DNA of 64,000 nt from a virus (IMGVR_UViG_3300046820_001896), one strand, 5' to 3'. Positions 26,011-35,204 are shown, numbered from the stretch's first letter. Translations and numbers: made by a program. The notes: a model not told the origin generated them from the sequence alone.

Positions 26011-26238
26011 ATGGGGGATCAAGTAATGGATGCAGCACTAAAAGTAGTCTTCGCAGCATTGATCATCACGTTCATTGGCTTCTTCGTGTATGTCATCCCA
26101 TTAGACATGGATAGGACAAAAAGAGCAGAACAATTAGCCACAGAGATGGGATGTACGTATATCGGTAATGCAAGGGATTTAAACTCGGTCAAGTTCTTCC
26201 AGTGCGGTGAGAATATAGTACTAAGGAGAGTGAAATGA
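26011..26238 (+). CDS. small membrane protein
   Basis: One TM helix. Confidence 0.35.
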   Translation: MGDQVMDAALKVVFAALIITFIGFFVYVIPLDMDRTKRAEQLATEMGCTYIGNARDLNSVKFFQCGENIVLRRVK

Positions 26239-26352
26239 CAGACTTCGAACAAGATTGCCTCCATCATTATGGGAAGATCCTCATAGGCAAGTACAAACAT
26301 TATTGCTGTGAATGGGATTTCTTACCCATAGACGAAACATGTCAAGAATTCT

Positions 26353-26556
26353 TTGCATGCACATGCTTTGATGATAAGGAATCTAATGTCAGATAGAAAG
26401 AACAGAGACATAGGCAACAAAAGAGAACATCAAAAGAATAAGCCACAATGTGATTGTTGGTTATGTCGAGAAGGTAAGACAAAAAAGCGTGTCATAAGGG
26501 ATAAGGACATAAGAAAGGAACTCGGTTATGCAAGAATCGGACTCAATAACATATAA
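26353..26556 (+). CDS. small basic protein with CDCWLC motif
   Basis: ORF only. Confidence 0.3.
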   Translation: MHAHALMIRNLMSDRKNRDIGNKREHQKNKPQCDCWLCREGKTKKRVIRDKDIRKELGYARIGLNNI

Positions 26557-26719
26557 GTGTATAGAATGTGGTAATGATGCCACATGGATTAGATCAACAC
26601 AATTTGCAGGGGATCATCCATTTTGTGAGGAACATGCAAAGCAAGAGGAAGGATTTGGTATAAACGACTCATATGAGTATTGGTACCAGATAGAAACAAA
26701 GGTTCTAGGTAGCAACTGA
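26528..26719 (+). CDS. small zinc-ribbon protein (CIECG ... CEEH)
   Basis: ORF with Cys pairs. Confidence 0.35.
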   Translation: MQESDSITYKCIECGNDATWIRSTQFAGDHPFCEEHAKQEEGFGINDSYEYWYQIETKVLGSN

Positions 26720-26854
26720 AGCTCGCTCCCATGCCATCCTGTGAAATAAAGGGATTAAATGAGTAGTCCCCAGAGCCAAGAAGACCCGTGTAAGCCAATG
26801 ATCTGTATAGACAAATAATACTGTACTGAAACGGTAGACTACTCAAATAAACAT

Positions 26855-26882
26855 GTACAAGGGGCTGTGGGTGTGGTATTAT
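26855..26882 (+). promoter_or_regulatory. sigma70-like promoter (catgtaca ... gtgtggtattat)
   Basis: tgtaca at 26855-26860, 16-nt spacer, tattat at 26877-26882. CDS begins at 26916. Confidence 0.5.
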
Positions 26883-26915
26883 CTATCCATAGATTGAATA
26901 ACATAAGGATAGTAA

Positions 26916-27839
26916 ATGACTCAAGTTTCTGTAATGATCGCCTTTGACAAGGCTGCTGGCAAGTTCAAGTGTTCTATTAATGGTCAGAAGTTTACCACGA
27001 CCAAACAGTCTTACATCGAATACATGTTCAAGCAAATCACTGGTCAAAAGCGTACATTCAAAGACATCGAGGCAATGCAAAAAGCCACTGTTGAGAAGTT
27101 TGGCATCAACGAACGATTTGGTTTCGTGGAGAAGATCGTAGGCATGGTCGCCACTGGCATCCAGCCATCTACAGTGATCACCGGTCAAGGTGGTTTGGGC
27201 AAGACATACACTGTCATGAAGACTCTCAAGGCTTCTGGTCTCCAAGACTACAATGAATTAATCCAACGTTTGCCTTCTGGCTCTACGATCCAAATGTCTA
27301 AGGTGTATGTCACTGTCAAAGGTTACTCTACTCCTAAGGGTTTGTACCGTACTCTGTTCGAGAATCAGAATGCAACCATTGTGTTCGATGACTGTGATTC
27401 TATCCTCAAAGACCCTGTTGCCCTTAACTTGCTCAAAGGTGCTTTGGACTCCTATGGCAAGCGCATCATCTCTTGGAATGCAGAGTCCTTTGGCAAGGAC
27501 GACGAGTTGCCACGTAGCTTCGAGTTCAAAGGTCGTGTAGTGTTCATCTCTAACATGGACCAAGACAAGATTGACCAGGCAATCCGTAGTCGTTCTATGA
27601 TGATTGACTTGTCCATGACAGACGATCAGAAAATCGACCGTATGGCTCACATTGCAGACAGCGAAGAATTCATGCCAGAATACGACGCTAAAGTCAAGTC
27701 CGATTCACTTGCTCTGATCCGCGAAGTTAAAGACGATGCTAAAGAAATCAGTCTCCGTACTTTGATCAGTGTTTGTAAGATCCGCGCAGCTAACCCTGTG
27801 GACTACAAAGACCTCGCAACTTACATCTTGACTAACTAA
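26916..27839 (+). CDS. AAA+ / P-loop ATPase (RFC clamp-loader-like core with about 90-aa N-terminal extension)
   Basis: Walker A GQGGLGKT, Walker B IVFDDCD, sensor-1 VVFISN, and SRS at the RFC-box SRC position. Confidence 0.65.
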   Translation: MTQVSVMIAFDKAAGKFKCSINGQKFTTTKQSYIEYMFKQITGQKRTFKDIEAMQKATVEKFGINERFGFVEKIVGMVATGIQPSTVITGQGGLGKTYTVMKTLKASGLQDYNELIQRLPSGSTIQMSKVYVTVKGYSTPKGLYRTLFENQNATIVFDDCDSILKDPVALNLLKGALDSYGKRIISWNAESFGKDDELPRSFEFKGRVVFISNMDQDKIDQAIRSRSMMIDLSMTDDQKIDRMAHIADSEEFMPEYDAKVKSDSLALIREVKDDAKEISLRTLISVCKIRAANPVDYKDLATYILTN

Positions 27840-28000
27840 TTGGGAGTTTTTATGTTGACAGACAAAGAGATATGCGACCTCAGGGATGAGATCCAGATCA
27901 TGATTATTCAGAAGGTCCAGGAGAGACTCGATCCGAACTTGTCTATTGATGAATGTGTCGAGCAGACAGACGAGATCATGGACTTTATTAAGGAGATGAT

Positions 28001-28195
28001 GTGAAGCTGTTCAGGGAGACGACTAAGGATTGGCAGCAGCCTACCCCCAATCATGCCTATGTACTGTCAGATGACAAACAGTGGATGTATGGGTATGTCA
28101 AGGCTGGTACACGGGACCTGATCACCCTCTCCAAGAGGATTAGGTTTGATGCCAGGTACAGGACATTTGTAGCATTAAAGAAAGGACAAATATGA
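28001..28195 (+). CDS. hypothetical small protein
   Basis: ORF that belongs to a chain of 45-65-aa ORFs (27852-28520) coupled through ATGA overlaps. Confidence 0.35.
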   Translation: MKLFRETTKDWQQPTPNHAYVLSDDKQWMYGYVKAGTRDLITLSKRIRFDARYRTFVALKKGQI

Positions 28196-28325
28196 AACTA
28201 TTCAATGCAGTGACAGACATGATCCAGGCACGGATGTACATGTGTCTATTAGGAGTAATCATTGTTGTGGTAGGGATGCTCTCCCCACAATTAGCGCTTA
28301 AGTGTGTACAGACAGGAGTCAACAG

Positions 28326-28520
28326 ATGAAGAAATACACAGCATCCACCAGATGGACACAACCGTATCATTACATCACCGGATGGAGAAAACGTCAGACC
28401 ATCAATAGAGTATTAGATGATCTACATACACAGCAACTAGACTTCATTGATGCAGCAGTAGATCAGTCAGATTTGTCAGATGCAAAGACAATCATTGCTC
28501 ATATCATGCAGAAACAATAG
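28326..28520 (+). CDS. hypothetical small protein
   Basis: Internal ATG 28326 overlaps the preceding stop. Last gene before the terminator. Confidence 0.35.
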   Translation: MKKYTASTRWTQPYHYITGWRKRQTINRVLDDLHTQQLDFIDAAVDQSDLSDAKTIIAHIMQKQ

Positions 28521-28531
28521 TATACAGGCAG

Positions 28532-28565
28532 GGGTACCTATAGGAAACTAAGGTACCCTTTTATT
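28532..28565 (+). terminator. rho-independent terminator
   Basis: gggtacc-(13 nt)-ggtaccc followed by TTTTATT. Confidence 0.55.
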
Positions 28566-28569
28566 AAGG

Positions 28570-28980
28570 TTCCATATTAATAGGAGACCATCTATAAGTT
28601 ACATACTCGGTTAAACCGTTGTCGTCCGTCACAAAGACAAAAAATAAAAAATTCCCCCCATGGGCAGAATATCCCCAGGATGTCAGTCCCTTCCAAGGAT
28701 GAACAGTAACCAATTATCTTTTTCCAGATAATTACAGATAATTCGCCATAGAAAAATTCCCCCCAGGGTTTATCCCTTCTCCTGGGGGTAATACTGTATC
28801 CAAGAGATTAATACTATACAACCTTCACATTGTTCCCCCCTTAGGTTGTTTGTTTCTCATGATACAGAATGTATCCCATTGTATACAGAATACTGCAGTT
28901 TGTATACTATAAGAAACAATATTGTATCATTAATGAGTCCCTAAGCTACTTAATGACTACTATATGATCCATTACAATAC
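28570..28980. repeat. long non-coding region with three ttcccccc motifs, duplicated agataatt and atacagaat units
   Basis: No credible ORF. Repeats seen by eye at 28652, 28757 and 28833. Confidence 0.5.
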
Positions 28981-28982
28981 CA

Positions 28983-29011
28983 TGTACAACAATATATTTC
29001 TATGGTATAAT
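28983..29011 (+). promoter_or_regulatory. sigma70-like promoter (catgtaca ... tatggtataat)
   Basis: tgtaca at 28983-28988, 17-nt spacer, tataat at 29006-29011. Confidence 0.5.
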
Positions 29012-29055
29012 ATAACCATCAGTAAAAAACCGGCGGGAACCCCTTAGCAGGATAT

Positions 29056-29103
29056 ATGTCTGATTTATTAGAGCGTCGTGGGGGTCCTCTGCCTAATTAT
29101 TAA
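29056..29103 (+). CDS. possible 15-codon upstream ORF (MSDLLERRGGPLPNY) duplicating a segment of the downstream gene
   Basis: Hand translation. About 35 nt are near-identical to 29188-29225 inside the next CDS. Confidence 0.25.
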   Translation: MSDLLERRGGPLPNY

Positions 29104-29112
29104 GGAGTGCGC

Positions 29113-29343
29113 GTGGGATATATTACAGTAAACGTAGATGTGGATGTAGATCTATATGACATCGATACAGAAGACTTAAGGGAAGAGTTAGAGCGTCGTG
29201 GGGGCTCTCTGTCTGATAATGATTGGGAGGACGGCGATAATAAGAACTTGCTCAATATCATCTATGAATCTCGAAGATTAGGGAAAGACTATCAAAAAGA
29301 ACTAGATACCTTAATCTTTAGGGTATTAGGGAGAATCATATAA
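29113..29343 (+). CDS. hypothetical acidic protein
   Basis: GTG 29113 lies 6 nt after RBS aaggag. The listed GTG 29107 abuts the RBS. Confidence 0.45.
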   Translation: MGYITVNVDVDVDLYDIDTEDLREELERRGGSLSDNDWEDGDNKNLLNIIYESRRLGKDYQKELDTLIFRVLGRII

Positions 29344-29372
29344 TAAAAAAGGGACCTTTCGGTCCCTTTCTA
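29344..29372. terminator. bidirectional terminator, strong for the minus-strand block (T7 run on minus)
   Basis: gggacc-tttc-ggtccc. On the minus strand it is followed by TTTTTTT. Confidence 0.75.
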
Positions 29373-29433
29373 ATATCCAGGAATATTTTTCCCGTCTGTC
29401 TTTGGTAAGTTATCTAAAAACTTCCTAATCTTC

Positions 29434-31176
29434 TTAACGTGCGCCACGAGCCATTGCATCTTCTGGATCCCATTTAGTTGTACGTGCTGTGAGTGGAACA
29501 ATCTGAGGTTGGCTATACTTACCTCCCTCTGGACGTGCTCTATCAAAGCTTGGGCGGCGACCTTCTGCCATGGCTTGAACGTTTGCCTCAGCTCTTGATA
29601 CCTCAGCAACAGTAGTACCTTGAACGTTCTTACTTTGAACATTACTTAGTTCGGCGGCCGCAGGTGGTTGAGGAGCAGCTATCGGTGCTTTACCTACTGT
29701 AGCACCATTCACCGTCATTTGTCCACCCGCTTGTGCAAAGGCAGTCATTCTAACCCATGGGAATTCATTGATTGCCTTCATACTATCAGGACTAATCGCA
29801 GCAAACTTAGCCATCGCATCAGCAATTCTACTTAGACCTTCAGCAGTTTTTAATAAACCATCACCAGCTCTTGATAACTTTAAAATCTGATCAACAGGAG
29901 AATCTTGACCAATAGTTAATAGGTTAGAGATTAATGTGCCTAAACCTGCTGCTGCTTGACCTACGGCGAATGCAGCCATAGCAGCACCTAATGCACCAAG
30001 TGCACCAGCTGTAGTTAATAATCCTGTTCCATCTACCTTAGCAAGTCTTTCTAGACCAGCTGTAAATGTGTCCATTGTTCCTGCGACTACTTCAAATGCC
30101 TTCGCAGCAATATACAATGCACCAGCAACAGCGATCATGGCCGCAGCACCAAGTAATGCAACAGGTGCAGTTGCGCCTAATAATAACACTGCTGCTACTA
30201 ATCCGCCTAATACTACAACACCTTTAGCTATACCTTCCCAATCAAGAGCAGCAAACTTACCCATTGATTCGCTTAAGATAAACATCGCACCTGCAACAGC
30301 TAAGATTGTTAATGCGCCTGTGGCTCCGTTCATTAGTTTAGTAGCGATAGCCAATGCACCTAATACTACAATACCTTTAGCTACTTCTGACCAATCTAAT
30401 TTACTAAACTGTCTAAATGATTCTGCTAAGATAAGCATAGCACCACCGATTGCTAAGAGTGGTTTCCAACTATCTTTACCGTTTCCTTTACCAATTACAG
30501 CACCAGCAACAGTTAATGCACCAAGGGTTAATAATCCCTTAGACATATCTGACCATGAAAGTTTACTAAAATCACCAAATGCTTTTGCTAAGACCCAAAT
30601 TGCAGCAGCCATAGCAAGTAAACCTTTACCTGCATTGAACATGCCTTCGCCAAGATCTTTCATCATGGAGCCGAAGTTACCCTTCTTAGCATCCTTCTCT
30701 TTATCACCCTTCATAGCTTTTGCTTGAGGAGATTCTTTAGGATTTTGAAGCGCAGCAAGGATAGCTTCGTTATGCTTTGTCTGTTCAGCAGTTAATTCTT
30801 TTTGTTTTAGTCTATCTGCTTCAGCCGCTTCATGCATGGCTTTCATACTTTCTGCAGAGTCAACCATTTCATTGTTGATTTTCTGCAAAGCATAGTTAGA
30901 ACTAGTCGCTAAGTCTAATATTGCGTCTTGATGTTCGCGAATAAATCCAGCTAAAACAACAAGATTATCGTTAAAAGCTTTAGTATTATAAGCAGTAGCC
31001 CAAGTTTCAGATGCTATGGAAGCTATATTTGTTTTTATATCTTCAGCAATACTTTTTAAAGAAGCATTACGCTCATCATCTTTTGGCTGTGCCTCGATCA
31101 TGAGCGCATTGGTTTTTTGCACCTCTTGAATAAGAGCTGCAATATTTTCTTTAGACGTTACGTACTTGGTTGCCAT
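29434..31176 (-). CDS. tail tape-measure / tail-length determinator (T4 gp29-like) with four internal hydrophobic repeats
   Basis: 580 aa, with a helical Ala/Gln-rich N-terminus. Four repeats of roughly 40 aa follow the pattern F..L.W....KG...LGAL..A. Its position next to tube-initiator-like genes resembles the T4 gene 29 context. Confidence 0.55.
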   Translation of the reverse strand: MATKYVTSKENIAALIQEVQKTNALMIEAQPKDDERNASLKSIAEDIKTNIASIASETWATAYNTKAFNDNLVVLAGFIREHQDAILDLATSSNYALQKINNEMVDSAESMKAMHEAAEADRLKQKELTAEQTKHNEAILAALQNPKESPQAKAMKGDKEKDAKKGNFGSMMKDLGEGMFNAGKGLLAMAAAIWVLAKAFGDFSKLSWSDMSKGLLTLGALTVAGAVIGKGNGKDSWKPLLAIGGAMLILAESFRQFSKLDWSEVAKGIVVLGALAIATKLMNGATGALTILAVAGAMFILSESMGKFAALDWEGIAKGVVVLGGLVAAVLLLGATAPVALLGAAAMIAVAGALYIAAKAFEVVAGTMDTFTAGLERLAKVDGTGLLTTAGALGALGAAMAAFAVGQAAAGLGTLISNLLTIGQDSPVDQILKLSRAGDGLLKTAEGLSRIADAMAKFAAISPDSMKAINEFPWVRMTAFAQAGGQMTVNGATVGKAPIAAPQPPAAAELSNVQSKNVQGTTVAEVSRAEANVQAMAEGRRPSFDRARPEGGKYSQPQIVPLTARTTKWDPEDAMARGAR

Positions 31177-31177
31177 A

Positions 31178-31627
31178 TTAACTTACCTTTGGTGGTACTG
31201 CAATAACTGGTGGTGGTTTTGCCACCGCTGGTGCAGCCACTGATGGTACAGCTACAGATGGTACAGACACTGATGGTGCTGGAACTGCAGGTGTTACTGA
31301 TGGAGTTACTGGAGTTGGAACTGCTGCACCACCATTATTAGCACCACCTAATTTTTCTTGTGTACGACCATAAGCTGCGATACCAAGGATTGCACCCATA
31401 GCCATATGGAAAAGTCCTGCGCCTTGTAAAGTAATAGGCGACCATTGTGTTTCAACTTTTCCACCACCAATAACTTGAACTAAAGACCAAAGAATAGGGA
31501 ATAAAACAAAGTCGGCTGTACAAACAACCATGTACATCCATCCCATCATTGGACGCCATTTGCTGTTCATCCAATCTTCTTTTTTCTTTTCGCTTTCGCT
31601 CATTTGTGGTTTGACTTCTTCTGTCAT
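31178..31627 (-). CDS. membrane protein with Pro/Val/Ala-rich C-terminal tail
   Basis: Three hydrophobic helices followed by a PSVSVPSVAVPSVAAPAV low-complexity tail. Confidence 0.5.
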   Translation of the reverse strand: MTEEVKPQMSESEKKKEDWMNSKWRPMMGWMYMVVCTADFVLFPILWSLVQVIGGGKVETQWSPITLQGAGLFHMAMGAILGIAAYGRTQEKLGGANNGGAAVPTPVTPSVTPAVPAPSVSVPSVAVPSVAAPAVAKPPPVIAVPPKVS

Positions 31628-31830
31628 ATTAGTTTCCTACATCTTTCCGTATTTGGAATTTACTTGTTTTATTCTATCATTTTCTTCTTTAACATATTCA
31701 ACTAACATAGCAACGTAAACTTCTCTCTCCCATGGCAACATCTCGTTCAATTCAGTCAAACTATACTTGTGATGTTGCATCATAATGAAATTACCTCGAT
31801 AATGGTTAGCGAGGTCGTCATGTGAGAGAG

Positions 31831-32541
31831 CTATGCGAAAAAATGCTGCAAACCTTCGACAGTGATGTCGTTGTCTGAGCCACATTTCTCACATTTAAAA
31901 CTAACCTGATGGGATAGTTTTGGAATCGATACGAAGAATTCTTGGATCTTAGCAAACTGCTGAGAGTTTAATGAATCAATAAATTCTTCAATATCTTTTT
32001 TCTGCATATCTTTTGCTTGATAAACGTTCTCTGTATCAAAGATTGATTCTACACAAGCAGTAATAATATTAAATGTTGTCTTAATATCACTTGAATCAGA
32101 GGACATAGTCTTAGACACATCTTCTGAGTTTGGATATTTAAGTGTAATACCAACTGTATCTGTCAACATAATCTTTGGATCAACTTTCTCACCAAATTTA
32201 ATCTCAACATCATTCAAGTTGATAGTAACATTATTAGTAGTTTTACATTCTCCGCACTCATAACCAACCGTAGATGTTTCACCTACAGATTTAGCACGAA
32301 GCTTTAAGAATAATAATTCTAATTCAGATGTTGGTAATGCTTTGATGTTTAGTTCACCAAATGTACATGTACCAATAACTTCTTGAATTGTCTTAAGGAT
32401 ATGTTTTTGATCCTTAGACTCTAACGCCATCATTAATAGTTTTTCTTCCTTAACTAAGTAAGGACGATATGAAACCGTTTTCTTTGAAATCGGCAATTCA
32501 ACTTCATATTTCGGTGTGTTTAAAATAATAGGTAAAGACAT
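31831..32541 (-). CDS. putative baseplate hub component with two CxxC pairs (CGECK ... CEKCG)
   Basis: Start MSLPIIL carries RBS ggag on the minus strand. Assignment rests on position within the hub block. Confidence 0.45.
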   Translation of the reverse strand: MSLPIILNTPKYEVELPISKKTVSYRPYLVKEEKLLMMALESKDQKHILKTIQEVIGTCTFGELNIKALPTSELELLFLKLRAKSVGETSTVGYECGECKTTNNVTINLNDVEIKFGEKVDPKIMLTDTVGITLKYPNSEDVSKTMSSDSSDIKTTFNIITACVESIFDTENVYQAKDMQKKDIEEFIDSLNSQQFAKIQEFFVSIPKLSHQVSFKCEKCGSDNDITVEGLQHFFA

Positions 32542-32559
32542 AATATACTCCAATAAAAA

Positions 32560-33210
32560 TTAAAAACCAAATGTTTTTCCAACTGATCCAAGAAGCACTT
32601 TGCCTTTGGATAGAATAGATTCTACAAAACCCTCTTCATACCAATCATCGTACGCTAGGGTAATTTGCATACGTTGTGTTTGATTCTCACCGCTATTAGT
32701 TACTTCATAACCTGCAATAGTAGTAGGAAATGCATTGCGTAATGTACATGTGTAAACAGGAACATCGCGTTGATCCAATTGCTGGATAATAACATCCGTA
32801 GCATATTGAGACTTATATTTAATTGTCATCGAACGACGGTCAACGATCTGATTAAACCACTTTTCGAAATACTTTTTCATAAAGTGGTCATTTGTAATAT
32901 GGAATGAGAATGTAACATCATCATTCATATATGTGTATGGCATCTTTACAGCCAATAAGTTATTCTGTAAATCATTAGTTGCAATTTGGCGACCTGGCAT
33001 TGTCACTGAATCACACAAAATTGATACATCTCGTGGATCATTGATACCCAATAAACCACCACCAGTGTTTGCGCCTTGGTCAAATACTTTTGCAATTAGA
33101 TCTTGTGGATCAAAACTAATTAATGGCAATGCCATGTAGACTGCAAAACGGTTTTGCGGAGCTAGTCCACCGCGTTTGCTAATTACTGATTTAAACTTGT
33201 CGATTTGCAT
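32560..33210 (-). CDS. tail-tube-fold protein (baseplate tube initiator/cap, gp48/gp54-like)
   Basis: C-terminus QITLAYDDWYEE resembles the tube-protein ending TLALDYWE of T4 gp19. Confidence 0.5.
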   Translation of the reverse strand: MQIDKFKSVISKRGGLAPQNRFAVYMALPLISFDPQDLIAKVFDQGANTGGGLLGINDPRDVSILCDSVTMPGRQIATNDLQNNLLAVKMPYTYMNDDVTFSFHITNDHFMKKYFEKWFNQIVDRRSMTIKYKSQYATDVIIQQLDQRDVPVYTCTLRNAFPTTIAGYEVTNSGENQTQRMQITLAYDDWYEEGFVESILSKGKVLLGSVGKTFGF

Positions 33211-33812
33211 TATGCTCTGTATCCTGTAACCATTTGTTTAGATTCTCTCCAAACTTTGGTCTTATTTGCACCAACGAACTTTTCAGTTGGTAAAAAGATG
33301 GCAATTTCCCATTCAGATGAAGGAATTAACATAATCCTAGAATCGACTTGGGAGAACAAGTATTTTTTAAAGCACGGTCTAAACCATCTAAACTTTGCTG
33401 CAGAATTTAAGATATTATAATTAATTTTAAACTTTGTAGTCTCGTCATAATTGTCATTATTATTGGTTAACATTAAATTATCCAATAAACGAGCTCGTGG
33501 TGCTGGAGCAATATAATGTAAATTCATGCCATAGAATCCGCCTTCTGCAGGCGCTACGGCAACGATCAAAGGAAAACGGTCAAAATATGGTAATGTATCT
33601 TTATTCAATGCATCATAAATGAAATGATACATGAAACCTGGTCTGAATTTTGTTTTTCTGATGAAGTGTGGATCTTTTAGGAATTGCAACGAATTGATGT
33701 TGCCCTTAAGACTTTTTACCTTCTCGCCAAACCATTTTTTAGATGCATTAGAACGTTCAGGCACTGTCATGCCTTTGCGCATCTTGTCGAATAAACTTGT
33801 TGTTGTAGCCAT
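33210..33812 (-). CDS. putative baseplate/tube-associated protein
   Basis: ORF positioned inside the hub block. Confidence 0.4.
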   Translation of the reverse strand: MATTTSLFDKMRKGMTVPERSNASKKWFGEKVKSLKGNINSLQFLKDPHFIRKTKFRPGFMYHFIYDALNKDTLPYFDRFPLIVAVAPAEGGFYGMNLHYIAPAPRARLLDNLMLTNNNDNYDETTKFKINYNILNSAAKFRWFRPCFKKYLFSQVDSRIMLIPSSEWEIAIFLPTEKFVGANKTKVWRESKQMVTGYRA

Positions 33813-33820
33813 ACTTCTAT

Positions 33821-34264
33821 TTATGTAAGTAATCTGATGCCCATGGATTTAATTGTGTCTTCAGTCCAAATAACAAATTGCCAATTACGGTCATTTGCGT
33901 AGTCTGTAGCAGCTTTCCATTTGCATTGATTTTTAACGAATGTTCTAGCTTCCTCTAAATACTTTTTGGTTTGTCTAGAAGGTTTCTTTGGAGGTAGTGT
34001 TTGAGACTTTGGTTTAATCTCTACTAGGAATGTGCCTTGGGCAGTAGTGTACTTGACATCAACAAAGTATCGATGCCATTTTTTATCTAGTGGGAGATAA
34101 TAAGGCACAACTATCTCCTCAGAACTCCATTTAAGGACCTGATCATTTGAGTCGCACCATCGAAATACTTGCATCTCCCAATGGGATCTGTAGACGACAT
34201 TCTTAAAATCGCCATCATATTTCGCAGGGTTCTTCACCCTATAAAAACCTTTGTAAGTTGCCAT
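33821..34264 (-). CDS. gp4-like head completion protein with PD-(D/E)xK-like motif
   Basis: FVDV ... EIKPK motif. It is divergent from the baseplate wedge operon, as T4 gene 4 is from gene 53. Confidence 0.45.
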   Translation of the reverse strand: MATYKGFYRVKNPAKYDGDFKNVVYRSHWEMQVFRWCDSNDQVLKWSSEEIVVPYYLPLDKKWHRYFVDVKYTTAQGTFLVEIKPKSQTLPPKKPSRQTKKYLEEARTFVKNQCKWKAATDYANDRNWQFVIWTEDTIKSMGIRLLT

Positions 34265-34271
34265 ATAAATA
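34264..34271 (+). promoter_or_regulatory. T4-type late promoter motif TATAAATA
   Basis: Exact TATAAATA lying 34 nt upstream of ATG 34305 in a divergent intergenic region. Confidence 0.5.
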
Positions 34272-34304
34272 CTAGAAAGAGAAATTTCACCTTATAGGGT
34301 ATCT

Positions 34305-35204
34305 ATGGCAATTCTTACAGATCTAGTTGGCAGTGTAAAGTCAACAATTACTAAAATTTTAGGTGTCGACCTATTCACAAATCCATTTGGAGCTCAGGTA
34401 AGTTACCGATATCCTCTTGGAGACGTGGCAAAATATGAGAACGTTATTAAGTTTTCAGCTTTAGCTCGTGTGAAGAAAAGCAGTGTAGTAGATGTGCGAG
34501 TTCCTAAGCTAGCTGAAAAGCCATTAGGAAGTGTTACACTATACATGCCAGCTGGTGTTTCAGTTAATGATAACTTATCATACGATAATGCTGATACAGG
34601 TCTTGGCGGTATGGCACTTAATGCAGCAGGTTCATCAGCAAACCCTGGTGAATTTATTGATAAAGTAAAAGAAAACGCTAAACCACTTGCTCAAACAGCA
34701 GTTATTGCTGGTCTAAGCAGATTATCCCAAGAAAAAGGTTTAGGCGGTGCAGCTCAACAAGCACAAATTAATGCTGGTGTTGTTGCTAACCCTCACACTC
34801 AAATGTTGTTTAAGACTCCTGCGCTTAGACAGTTTACATATAGTTTTAAGATGATCCCTCGTTCACAAGCAGAAGCTCGTGAAATTATTAAGATTGTACA
34901 ATTTTTCCGTATTGCTGCATATCCAGAACTTGGTGGCGGTGGTGGTGATACTAGTGGAGAAGGTACTCTTGAAATGGCAACGTTCAAGTTCCCAGATATT
35001 TTCGAAATCACTTATTTAAATAGAGGTGTTGAAAACGAAAATATGATTGCTGTTATGAATTCATATCTTACTTCTGTTACTGTAACATATAACACAAATA
35101 GTCCAACATTCCATAAAGATGGTATGCCAGCTGAAGTTGATTTACAGCTTACATTCCAAGAATCTAAAGCACTCAACAGAGCGCTTATCAAAAAAGGTTA
35201 CTAA
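34305..35204 (+). CDS. baseplate structural protein (first gene of late baseplate operon)
   Basis: RBS tagggtatct precedes the ATG. Assignment rests on position at the head of the baseplate operon. Confidence 0.5.
   Translation: MAILTDLVGSVKSTITKILGVDLFTNPFGAQVSYRYPLGDVAKYENVIKFSALARVKKSSVVDVRVPKLAEKPLGSVTLYMPAGVSVNDNLSYDNADTGLGGMALNAAGSSANPGEFIDKVKENAKPLAQTAVIAGLSRLSQEKGLGGAAQQAQINAGVVANPHTQMLFKTPALRQFTYSFKMIPRSQAEAREIIKIVQFFRIAAYPELGGGGGDTSGEGTLEMATFKFPDIFEITYLNRGVENENMIAVMNSYLTSVTVTYNTNSPTFHKDGMPAEVDLQLTFQESKALNRALIKKGY

Noticed and set aside
30068-30727. 219-aa plus ORF
   Set aside because: It lies entirely within the tape-measure gene on the opposite strand. Ala/Pro-rich shadow frame.
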